Source: Camelus dromedarius (Eukaryota). From it: 64,000 bases of DNA. Shown here one piece after another: positions 13,162-24,334 of the stretch. Each line of letters opens with the position of its first letter. The stretch's first letter is position 1. The position numbers and the translations under genes are program-made. Location of the stretch: the NCBI RefSeq assembly GCF_036321535.1, contig NC_087437.1, forward strand, positions 25,050,001 through 25,114,000, read 5' to 3'. The notes beneath the pieces were generated by a model. It saw only the letters and a list, made by a program, of their open reading frames with translations. It was not told the origin of the DNA and searched no databases.

Positions 13162-13503
13162 TGTTGCCGAGTCCAAACTCGTTCTGCTCGCCGCACGACA
13201 GGCCAATAAATCGGGGGATGAGGTGTCGGGGCAAGGAATAGCGATTTTACTCAGAAAGCCAGCAGACCGAGAGGATGGCAGACTGATGTCTTGGAGAACT
13301 ATCCTGCTCTAGTCAGAATACAGGCTCCTTTTATACCAAAAATAAGGGGGGGGGGTTGCGGAATAAGGGAGGGGGTGTGGTTGATTGTTGCAATATTCTT
13401 GCTGCAGGCATTCAGGCATTCTTTGTTCTTGTAGCCATCCCCGTGGACCAGGTCATGATGTCCCTGTAAACCTCCATCGAAACAAAAGTTATTCTCTACT
13501 ACA
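13162..13503 (-). mobile_element. ERV1-class solo LTR (cetartiodactyl type)
   Basis: TG..CA termini ('tgttgccgagtccaaactcg...ctactaca'), near-TSD agag/ggag, minus-strand TATAAAA ('ttttata' ~13329), CpG-rich; resembles recalled artiodactyl ERV1 LTRs. Confidence 0.72.
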
Positions 13504-13785
13504 GGAGGAGGAGGAGAAAGAGGAGAACTGGAGGTGAGAGGTGGGGAGGCACTTTGCTTCGCAGTTGACTCTGCCTACACCGTCTGAAATTTCCTAAAAG
13601 GCTTGTCTACAGGCCTTGGTGTGAGTAGACCTATTTTTGAGACAACCAAGAAAGGTTGTTAAGTTGGCAAGTGTGATGCAGGCCAAAATAGGGACAGTCC
13701 TAGGCGGTGACTCACAACATGACCTCAAGAGTTAGGGTCATCTGGGAAGCAAAAGGGATTATTCACAACTTAGTGAGGCACAGGT

Positions 13786-13818
13786 TTGAGCAAAATTGAG
13801 CAAAATTGAGCAAAATTG
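13786..13818. repeat. 10-bp tandem repeat (TTGAGCAAAA) x3.3
   Basis: ttgagcaaaa ttgagcaaaa ttgagcaaaa ttg read directly. Confidence 0.9.
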
Positions 13819-14057
13819 TGGAAGCCAGGCAAATGTGTGGCCTTGACCCCGTACAAAAACTCTAGGAGCGATTCAGAAACGGGCTTTAGATGTTGGCAAC
13901 TTAGTAGCTTCTCGGAGAACTCAGCTTGTCTTGTGAGCCTGACGGGTGGGAGAGCCGCAGCTGTCACAGGTAACTCCCCACGGGATGTCACTCCTGCAGC
14001 CCATCTCACAAACTCCCTGAAAAGGGAAACAAACCTTTTCCCTCTCTTGCCACCCTT

Positions 14058-14103
14058 GCTTACCTGAAAAATAAAAATAAATATAAAAAAGAAAGAAAGA
14101 AAG
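14058..14103 (-). other. Candidate recursive splice site (3'ss immediately followed by 5'ss)
   Basis: Minus strand: TTTCTTTCTTTCTTTTTTATATTTATTTTTATTTTTCAG|GTAAGC; junction at 14064/14063. Confidence 0.35.
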
Positions 14104-15234
14104 CCTTGTACACCACGGAGGAGGAGATCCTGTTGATAACCCGCCCTGGGCTGTAATGTGCCAGTCTTCACTGCAGCCCGGCATGGCCTTGGGCGACTGG
14201 CGGCTGTAGGACCCTGGAGGAGGTGCCCAGAAAAGGCCAGTGTCTAGCAAAGCAGTGGTGGCATCTGAGCATCAGCTGTGCTGGCCTGCGCTGTGGGGAC
14301 TTCCATGACCTGCAGAGTAGCAGGGACCCCCAGCAGGAAGATAAGGGGACAAGCCAGAGATGATGAAGCAGGGCTAATTTGGGTTTACAGTCACAGCATC
14401 TGGCCTCTTGCAGTGCCCAAAGGAACTGTGAATGTGCCCTGCCCGCAGGCCTGGAGAATAAGAGTTGTAAAATGGGAGAACCACAAATCCGAGCTGGGTA
14501 GCAACCAGCTGGGGTGAACTTGTCCTGAGTAAGAGTGAAACACCCTCGGGGTCTCCTGGAGATACTTGGGTGGGACCCGTGCTTTGCTTGCAAGGGGCTC
14601 GGGTACTATGTGAGGCATGTGAGGGCAGGAGGCAGTGGGACTCCTGCTATTAATGTTAATGTGATCTCATTTGCTTCCGTAGGCTCGTGTGGCCTGGGGA
14701 AATTTTGGTTCCATTGTGTGTAATGCGGAGCTTTTGATTTTTAAAAGAAAAAGAGTGATATAATGGAAGTAGTGTTTTAGAAAGATTAAATTCCAATTTA
14801 TGAGGAAAGAGAAATGCCTTTAGCGGTAGGAAAACATTAGTTACTTTGTTTTAAAAATTGAGAAAAAAATTCACTGTAGGTTTTAAACAAAGCTACTCCA
14901 TTTAACTAATAGAGTTAAAGAAAAAGAAAAACTTGTAGAATGACTCACGGAGGTCTATGAAGCTACTGCTAATTAAGGTTCTCAGAAGTTCTTTAGCTTG
15001 AAGCCAAGCCAACACAACTTGACTTCTAGTCTGTGCTAACACCTCTGAATAATCGCTAACATCTTGTTTTCACGAACATCGCCAACTTCACGCTCTCTGA
15101 GCTGGTTTCTGAATCTTACTATTTATATACAACTTACAGTGCTTCTCTCCAAGCTGTGCGAGTGGCGGGAAATCACGTCGGGCCAGCTCCCTCTGTGTGG
15201 ATAGTAACAGGATAAACAAAACAACTGAAAATTG

Positions 15235-15370
15235 AATCATCTAGTCAGGCCTGAACTCTTCCGTTTAACTATCTTAGACACTTACTGTCTGTCTCATCTT
15301 TATTATGTGTAAAATAAAAAGGTCCAGATGATCTCCAAGTCTTTCTCCATCATAAAACTCGATGATTCTG
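15235..15370 (+). mobile_element. MIR3-like remnant
   Basis: 'tgtgtaaaataaaaaggtccagatgatctccaagtctttctcc...tgattct' resembles the MIR3 tail. Confidence 0.45.
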
Positions 15371-16161
15371 GAAAAATAACAGTATAATTACTCAAGAATC
15401 ACTTCATTTTCCTATATTGACAAAATCTTCGTGTACTTTTCTTTCAAGCCAGGCTGAAAAGGTTCAGAATTTCTCTTTCATTTAGCTAAGACTGCTCTAT
15501 CTTTCCAGAAAAAAAGCAGACAGCAGCTTCAGCTCCTAGAAAAATGAGAAGGAAGGAAGCAAGGAGTAACTTCTGCCTAAATTTCATTTGGAAAAATGAG
15601 CTAATCAGGGTGCTCTGGGGAAAACTCATCTGTTCAGAAGGGCATAGCCTCTGCTGCTACACATACTTAGCATAATTTATATTATTATTAAAATGGGTAC
15701 ATTAATATAGATATACATATATATTTACATATTTGGAACACAGCTAATGGACCATATTTTACTACTTAGTATCATTTCTATCAGGAATTACTAGCTGTTG
15801 CAATATTACATTTGAATATGGATGAGATTACATATTCAAGCAAATATATGCACTGTGGTGCTAGAAATATGAAATAAACTTTGTCAAATACAACCTTCTG
15901 CAAAGTTCCACATTCTGTGGGGCATCAGTCAGCACATAATAGCAGAGATGAAAGGTCATTCCTAGTCTCATCCAATAGCAATTTTTTGCATTATAAGAAT
16001 ATCTTAAAGGCTTCTATGTATCTATGTTTAGACTTATCTGAAGACAAGTTCAGTACACAGAAATAGGAACTCAAAATATTTATGAAAAGTTATTGGTTTG
16101 TCGAATACCCCAAATCAAACCTTAGACAACACAAGGTTTCCAAAATCACAGAGTATGCTTT

Positions 16162-16235
16162 AAAAAAGAAAAAAAAAAAAAAAAAAAGAGAGAGAGAAAG
16201 GAAAAGGAAGAAAAGGATAAAGGGAAGTAAAAAGG
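16162..16235. repeat. A/purine-rich low-complexity tract
   Basis: Long A-run followed by GA/GGAAAA repeats; explains the poly-K ORF at 16082-16291. Confidence 0.85.
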
Positions 16236-17368
16236 CAGAAGCAATCATAAAAGATATGTCTATCAAGAGACATCTGAAAGTTGTGGTATAAAAGAAACAA
16301 TTTAATCATGGCTTAAATAGAGGATAAACTGTACTGAATGCAGAAAATGATTTTCTAAGTAATTTTCTGGAAGCAAAAGAGAACTAATATTTATTGAAGT
16401 CCACTATGGACTTGGCTCTGTTTAACCCTCTTCACCACCCAGTGATGTCAGCATTATAATTCCTTTTAAAATGAACCATAATGACACGTGATAAAAATTA
16501 GAGGAAACCACACCTCAGGACTGGAGGGAGGTACGATCTCATGCCATCATAGGTAATGGTGATACATTGCTTACAAATGGAGCAAAAAAAAAAAAAAGTC
16601 AAAAATCTTAGGTTATGCATTTTTCTCCCATAAAATTAAGACGTACAATTGACAATTAAAACAAGCAGAAGAGGCCAGTGTCGAAAAGGTCTTTGGAATG
16701 ACACTAAGCTGTTACTAAAGAGAAAAAAAAATAATAAAGTGCCTGGAAAAGATCAGGCAAATATCATTCAATGAAAAGGGGAGGAGTTAACTTCCCTCCC
16801 CATCTTTGTATTCTCTTTCTTTAGGGAAGATGGTCTTTCCCCGGTGGATAATTAAAGAAATGCTTAAGCCACCCAGACTGTGGCATTTTGTTATTGGCAA
16901 ATATGGCAAATTAAAGAAATATTAATGACAAAGTGAAAGCCGATAGACCAGAGGCATAGTGTTGCCAAATTAAAAAAGAAAACAGAAATCAGAAGACTCA
17001 CTTTCACAAGTCTTTACAAAGTGTTAATGAAGCGAACATTTAAGTCAATTGTATCAGTAATAGTGGAAGCAGAAACATGTAGTCACAGCAAAAGTTTATA
17101 AGGAGAACGGAATTGATCACACACACACACATGGGAGAGCAGAAGCAAGGCACTGCAAAGGAGAAAATAAAGTATGGTTTAATTTAACTCAACGCTTTCT
17201 AATAATTAGATTATTTATTTTATTATACCATATGAGAGGAACAACTTAGTTTTTTCCTAACAACTCCTTAAAGATAACGAAATTATTGTTTCTGTTTTTA
17301 TGTTAGGAAGTATATTTTTGTTTATTACACAGCAAATATTCTGTAAAATAGATAAGCAAAAGCAGCTA

Positions 17369-18014
17369 TGTATTAATCAGGCTAGGCTAGATTGTACTGT
17401 GTAACAAAAAATCCCCAAACCTCAGGGGCTTAAAACCAACCAACCAACCAAAAAGCTTTATTCTTCTCCCTCGTGCAGTACAGCCCAGTGTGAATTACTG
17501 TGTTAAGTTTCTCAGGCTGCTGTGACAAAATCCCACAGTCTGGTGGCATAAGCAACAGAAATTCATTTTCTCATAAGTCTGGAAACGAGAAGTCCAAGAT
17601 CAAGGCATTGGGAAAGCTGGTTTCTGGTGAGGCCTCACTTCAGGGCTTGTAGACTACCTTCTCACCCTGTGCTCACAGCATGGTCTTTCTTTTGTGTTGA
17701 GTTTGGGGAGGAAGAAAGAGAGGTTTGATTCTCTTGTTCTCCTTATAGGGACTCCAATTTTATCAGATTAGAGCTCTGCCCTTAAGACCTCATTTAATTT
17801 TAATTACATTCCTGGAGGCACTGTCTCCAAAGACAGTCATATTGGGGGTTAGGGCATATGCTTTTGGGGGAGATGCAATTTAACCCATAACAGTTGTCTT
17901 GAAAGTCACATGACTGTACCTAACTTCAAAAAGAGGGGAGAGATGCAGTCCTACCAATGCCCTTAAAAAGAGGAAAACTGGAATATTGAAAACATACCCC
18001 AAATGGCTATCACA
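17369..18014 (-). mobile_element. Old MaLR LTR (MLT1I/J-like) hosting a nested LTR
   Basis: 'tgtattaatcaggctaggctagattgtactgtgtaacaaaaatccccaaacctcaggggcttaaaac' and 'aagtcacatgactgtacctaacttcaaa...gatgcagtcctacc' flank the inner element. Confidence 0.7.
17499..17892 (-). mobile_element. MaLR LTR (MLT1A-like) nested in an older MLT1
   Basis: 'gctgctgtgacaaaatcccacagtctggtggcataagcaacagaaattcattttctca...gaagtccaagatcaagg...tttctggtgaggcctc...aacccataaca'. Confidence 0.88.
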
Positions 18015-18079
18015 ATGTATATAATTTTCTATTTTATCATTGTTTTTATAGCTGATCTAGTTAATAATGTAGTGATAAA

Positions 18080-18711
18080 GATCACTGTAAGTGCAGTTAT
18101 GATCTATCCTGGTACAAAGACACTACGTAATTATTGACTATAGTCCCCACACAGTACATTTCACACCTGTGACTCATTTATTTTGCAACTGGAAGTTTAT
18201 GATCATTTTGAAATGTATAGAAATGTCAAATCACTATGTTGTGTAACAGGAAATAGCATAGTGTTATAGGTCAGTTAAACTTCAAAAACAAACATAGAAA
18301 AAGAGATCAGATTTGTGGCTACCAGTGGTGAGGGGGTAGAAGGAAGGGTAATTGGCTGAAGGTGGTCAAAAGGTACAAACTTCCAGTTATAAGATAAATA
18401 AACACTAGGGATATAATGTGCCACATGATAAATATACTCAACACTATTGTATGTTATATATGAAAGTTGTTAAGAGAGTAAATCCTAAGAGTTCTCATCA
18501 CAAGGAAAAAACATTTTTCTATTTATTTAATTTTGTACCAAGATGAGATGATGGATGTTCACTAAACTGACCGTAATAATCATTTCATGATATATGTGAA
18601 TCAAATCATTATGCTGTCCACCTGAAGCTTGTTCCGTGCTGTATGTCAATTATATCTCAATACAACTAGAAGGAAAAAAAAATTAAAAAAAACAAAAAAA
18701 GAGAAATAAAG
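18080..18711 (+). mobile_element. L1 3'UTR insertion with 5' inversion (18080-18200 inverted)
   Basis: Sense L1 3'UTR from 18201 ('gatcattttgaaatgtatag...aaggtacaaacttccagttataag...caattatatctcaata' + A-tail); the preceding segment is the reverse complement of the upstream 3'UTR. Confidence 0.8.
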
Positions 18712-18732
18712 CATTAAACTTTCTTTAACATA

Positions 18733-19005
18733 TTATTTTCTGTTGTAGTAAAATAGATAGAACATAAACTTCACCATTTTAATCATTTCAAATGTACAGT
18801 TCAGTGGCATTAAGTTCATTTACATTCTTGTGCCACAGGCATGACTGTCCATCTCCAGATCTTTGTCATTTATATTGAAACTCGGTCCCCACAGAACACT
18901 GGCTCCATATTCTTCCTGCCCCCAGACCCTGGTAAGCATTGTTCTACTGTCTGCCTCTATGAATTTGGCTACTCTAGGTATCTCACGTAAGTAGAATCAC
19001 CTAGT
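18733..19005 (-). mobile_element. L1MB-like 3'UTR
   Basis: 'caccattttaatcatttcaaatgtacagttcagtggcattaag', 'ctgtctgcctctatgaatttggctactctaggtatctca'. Confidence 0.85.
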
Positions 19006-21291
19006 TTTTGTTTTTGTTGGTTTTTTTTTTTTTTTTGGTAACTGACCAAAATGAAATTGCTATATAAAACTCTCTAAAAGCTATTTTTCTAATATGAATT
19101 CCATATGAAAAATTCTTAGAAGTGGAATAGACGTATTAAACCGTTTGGAACATTTTGAGCATTTGCCTGTGTCCTGGCAAATACTCCTCCTGGGATACTG
19201 TAGAATTATCCCAATTCCTTACAAACATTAGACATTATTTAAGAATAAGAGGAGAAAGACAAGGAAGAAAAAAAAACAAAATTTTTTGCTAAGCTTACTG
19301 TCAAAAAACACCATTTTATTGCTTCAATATTTTTAACTCAAAAAAAGCTATTATCTTTTTGCTTGCATGTAGTTTTGATGATATGGGAAATGTAGTCACT
19401 CTTTCAGTTAATTTTTTTCTCAGAGTAGCATTTCCCATTCAGTTACAGACATTTTATCCATTCTAAATTGTTCACTACTTGGAGGAAGAATTCTAAATTC
19501 TAACATACACAAGTTTGTGCATATATATTGGCCAAAGATTCCATAAAAGGGATTGATATTTACCAGCACCTTATCCTGACAAAGTCCCAAAGATCAAGGT
19601 TAAAAAAGTAGATGCAGTATTGTTTTTCTCTGAGCCTGTTTTGATCATAAAGTCAAAAACTCACGTGCACATCTATAATATCAGAAAAGAATGCCTACTT
19701 TTTCCAAGAATACCATTAAAGTGTGACAGACAATAAACATCGCTGATCTTCACGATTGCTTCTTTATCTCTTTACCTCACCAGAGAGCTGAGTTAAAGGT
19801 GCGCAGCCCCTGAAGAAGGTACAAGTCCAATGAAGCCACCCAGTGCAGAACTTCCTCGTGACCCTCCTGTGCTCGGTAGACTTCAGCTGGATGTGAGCAC
19901 TTGCCTCAAGCTATTTACACCATGATCAGGCTAGTAATTAGCAAAATGTTTAATATAATATAGAAGCAATTAGGAGGTGATAACATGCAATTAAGATGTG
20001 TTTTCAGATTAAAGATTTTATAGTGCTCTTTTTCTTGAAAAGATAAAGTGCCTATCTCAAAATGTCAAACTGCAGTGATTTAATCTGAATTATTTTCAAT
20101 TAATATGCATGTATTCTTACGATGTGTTCACCGTTGTTATTGACATTGATAAATTAAGCTCATCCCAGCTGAATTTATCCTAGAGTTGCTCTATATTTCC
20201 TGAATGTCAGCTCTTCATTTGTACTTTTTTTTTCCTTTGCCTACAAGCTGTGAGTGATCTAACTGTAAGTCCCTTGATTCATCCCTGGGATTACACCAAT
20301 GTGTCAGTCTGGAAGAACAATAATCTGAAAGGGCATTGTTATAAATAGAGTGTTAGAATATAATTGTTTGTCATGTCATTTCTCCTCTTCAAATTCCCTT
20401 GAGTCCTGTTGAAGTAATTTAGACAGCTAAGATGACAAGAGTCTTGAGACTCTACTTATAGAGTTGTCCAACGTATCTTTAGCCTATTCTGCCTTCTGAG
20501 ACCATCTCGTCTGCAAAGTAGGAGATGCAAACACCAAATGAGTTTTGACTACAGTGTGGATTTAATTTGAGAGTTTACACAGGCCACTCTTTGTACGGTA
20601 CAAGCATTGTGTCTTCTAATTCATCTGTACTTGGAGGGACAATGGCTATTAAATGCCATTTAAAATTAATTAGAAATTGTCATGAGTGAGCACAGCTGCT
20701 ATTGAAGATAACCGAGAGGAATTAAATATTTAATGTGTAGAAGTTTGTTTTTTTTTTAATAAAGACAGTATGCAGATGAATGGGTTGGGAATAAAATGTT
20801 TAATTTTTAGCTGAGTTATTATTTTATATTAACTTCACTATTTGTAAATTAAGAAGAATGATATTAGTGATTATAGCAGTAATGTGAGCCATATAATTTG
20901 GTGATGAAATTAGAAACAAATGTAATATTTATTTCAAAACAAAATGTACAGAAAGGCCTCAAATTTGAGAATTATTTATTGAGGCACTTCAATTTACAGT
21001 TGCTTTAGCAATTAAAATCCTACTTTTACAAATTATGAATGACTGTAATTTAAGAAGTAACAGTTCATAGAGTAATGAGTATGCCTAATGCCATGGTGGA
21101 TTTATAAATACTCTTATTGGCTCTAGCAAATAGACATTTATTTTAGACTTAACTAAATTTCTTTACCTATCCAAGTTCACTAAAATGAAAAAAATTAATG
21201 TTTTGATAAAATTGTTATGTTTATAAAGAAAGACTTTAACATTTCTTAACTTGATAGGCTTTGTGAGTTTGACATTATCAGTGATTGTGGC

Positions 21292-22236
21292 CCCTGGTCT
21301 TTGAAGTGGGGTGCATCCATCCAGAAGAGCTAGACAATCCTTTGAAGTATTAAGACAAGATATTCATTTAAATTATATTTACATTTTATCTAAAAATTTT
21401 AAAAAAAATGTTAAACTTTCAATATATAAATGACATCCCTATTGTCATGCTGTCCTGTGTCCAGGCCACATGTTAGGCGCATGCACAATGTGTCCTAGGG
21501 CAAGAGAGACACTCATGGGGCGGAAGTTCCAGTGGAGGAATCATGAAGGCATTTGTTTGCTTTTGTTGTCTTTCCACACAGTGCAGTTAAGTGGATTTGT
21601 GGACCACGTTAGTTTTACTTAAGCTAGCCCTCAAAATTGACAAGTGACTTTATAAGATTCCTGCAAAGAAAATGCAGCTGAATATACTCATCATTGCAAG
21701 TGCAAGTGAATTTAAACAAAGATCTTGTCATAATTGGAGATGAGGTTGAAAAATTAGCATCCTGATTTCATAAGAGGAGCCAATAATGTACTCTTTCCAT
21801 TTGGGACTACTTGTCTTGAGAAGTATCTTTTACAGTGGTGACAATCATTAAGCAGGTATCAAAATTAATTGAACTTAAAATCAGATCTTTAAATAAATAT
21901 CTGTATTTCAAATTATTAAACTAGAAAATTTTAACTAATGAATAACAACAAATGGCATTGCCTCCATCAAATATTGTTTGAGTGTTGAAAGTAAGATTTG
22001 TAACATTAATAAATAAAATAAAGTAGATATTTAAAAATTTTGTTTATTCTAGACAAATTTCATTCTAACGTTCAGAGTATCGTTTATGCATTCATAGAAT
22101 GAATATGCAGAAACAGCAATAAAATATATTAGCTCAATTAGATAAGTGTACATATTAAAACCAAATAGTCATTTTTGTAAGCATCTGGCTAAATCAAGCA
22201 AAGTAATGCTTGATCAAAAAAGTTTACAGGCCACTG
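21292..22236 (+). mobile_element. hAT-Charlie DNA transposon derivative with transposase C-terminal remnant
   Basis: Termini 'cctggtctttgaagtggggtgc' / 'aaaagtttacaggccactg'; 21791-21890 translates with frameshifts to LFPFGTTCL..TIIK..YQN*LNLKSDL, like the hAT dimerisation domain. Confidence 0.7.
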
Positions 22237-22557
22237 TTGTAGACAAGTGGGTTCTTTGCCCGTTCAATATACTGAGGTATAGAAAGTGTGTTTAAGTGTA
22301 TGTGAGCTTAAACACACACACGTGCAAAAAACTACACTCCTGAATCCACATATGAGCTTGTGTAGAAACATTCAATACATTTTTATTAAACATTAAGATA
22401 CTACATTAAGTATGGGATAGAAAAGAGGCAGTGGGTTTTGCCTTTAAAGGAGTCACAATGTGAAATTTTCATATGTCTGCTGCAAAATTATTTGAAAGAA
22501 GCATGATGGGTGAGAAGGCCAATTTAATAGTGAAAGTTATGTATTAGAAAAATAGCT

Positions 22558-22609
22558 TGACACAACATTGTAAAATGACTATAACGCAATTAAAAAAAGT
22601 TAAAAAAAA
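22558..22609 (+). mobile_element. Extremely 5'-truncated young L1 (3' tip + A-tail) with 12-bp TSD
   Basis: 'tgacacaacattgtaaaatgactataac' + A-tail, flanked by agaaaaatagct (22546-22557) and agaaaaacagct (22610-22621). Confidence 0.8.
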
Positions 22610-23588
22610 AGAAAAACAGCTAATAATTATCCTGTGGTAGGAAGTACACACTTATTTTTTCTGTACAAATTATAATAATAAATAATTATTTATAGCCATA
22701 AGATCATTATAAAAATCTATGTGAACACAAATATAGTTAGAGTGTGTTAGAGTGTATACAGTTGCATCTTTGCAGGTCAAAAACTGCCATGTTGGTGATT
22801 TATGTCCACTCAATGCCATAGAACAAAATTTCTCTTGATTTTTTTTATGTCCCCCAGTTCTTTCTAAAACTGTAAATACATAGAACAATACCTTTCCCAC
22901 GGTAAGTGCACAATAAATATTTGTTGAATAAACACTATTATTAGCATAGCATTTCTCACACATTATTATTACCTAGTCATGCCAATCACCTTCTCTCCAC
23001 TCTCAACCTCTTTCTTAGAGACTCTACGGCTTGCTTGCCACATTTGATGGACAGCTGACAAGTTGCCCAGTTTAATTCTCTTTCTCCCCAAAATGAGAGA
23101 CTGGCAATCCAGAGTGGGCAGGGGCAAAGCATCTAATTAAGCTTGGTGAGCTCTCTTGGGACCCAGACCAGGATGAGTTTGTGGGGCACTCGGCAAATTC
23201 ACAGTATTAGAATGATTACACATGCTTTCATAAATGCTGCTTTGAGAATTTTGATGACTAGTGTCCTGGGTAAACCAGTTCACATAGACCTTACGTCTGT
23301 GCTTTGCATGGACTGAGTGCAACTGGCAGTCCAGGGGCAGAGAATAGGCATTGAGACTCTAGCCATTTGATTCTTAAACTTCAGTGAATGATGTCCTAGT
23401 GTAAGGACTTTTCTCCATGGCTGATCAAATCAGGCTTTACCAAAACATCTCATTGAGCTGGTTTTCTAGTTGCAGAAAATTTCTCAAATGATTTTCACTG
23501 CTCAAAGGAATGTGGATAAATACTGTCCGATGTCTCAGGTTTTTGTCTGATTCTGTAATGTACTTACAGGTAGTCTTAGGAAGACATT

Positions 23589-24334
23589 AAATTGCCATTA
23601 ATTTTATTAGAGAAATAGCACCCATCAAACATTAAAACCAGTTTCTAATATGTGCATAATTTGAAGATAATTTTTCAGCCACTTCCTGATACAGGCCTGA
23701 TTATTAAAAAAAATACTCATTTCTTAATTTGTATTCTGAATACAACATCAATAAACAAGTTGTGTTGGCAGAATGATAAGGAATACTGATCCATTTGAAT
23801 GATACCACTTAAACAGATTTGTTTATAAATCTGTTATTTAAAATAATAAATATCATCTTCTTAGCATTAAAATTTTGTGGATTTGGTAAAATAAGCTCTT
23901 AAATTCTATCAGAATAAAGCATTGCTTGAAAATTCTAATATTAATTTTTTTAATTGGCAAAATAGATTATTTTAAGTTGATTCATGTCAATAAACAAGAA
24001 CATTTTATCTACAAAGTGTTTCACACATTTAAAAGGTTTGTATTTTATCTTAATGCTTCAGTTGAACTTAATTTCTCTCATTATAATATTATAAAAAAAT
24101 AAAGTATGATTTGAGGTTAATTTTTAGAAAATATCCTACAAATTTTATTTTAAACAATCTAAGCATAAGATGTTACAGGGAAATTGCCATTAATTTTATT
24201 AGAGAAATAGCACCCATCAAACATTAAAACCAGTTTCTAATATTTGTATAATTTGAAGATAATTTTTCAGCCACTTCCTGACATAGGCCTGATTATTAAA
24301 AAAAATACTCATTTCTTAATTTGTATTCTGAATA
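23589..24334. repeat. 154-bp dispersed direct duplication (23589-23742 and 24181-24334)
   Basis: Two copies of 'aaattgccattaattttattagagaaatagc...gtattctgaata' with 4 substitutions. Confidence 0.95.

Noticed and set aside
13786..13818. Direct repeats considered as a CRISPR-like array (also the 154-bp pair at 23.6-24.3 kb)
   Set aside because: Mammalian DNA; no spacer-repeat architecture and no cas genes.
13770..14723. Overlapping 109-141 aa ORFs on both strands; possible ERV internal gene
   Set aside because: No gag/pol/env or cellular motifs; one ORF runs through a low-complexity T-tract.
16082..16291. Lys/Arg-rich ORF
   Set aside because: Translation of a poly-A/purine tract.
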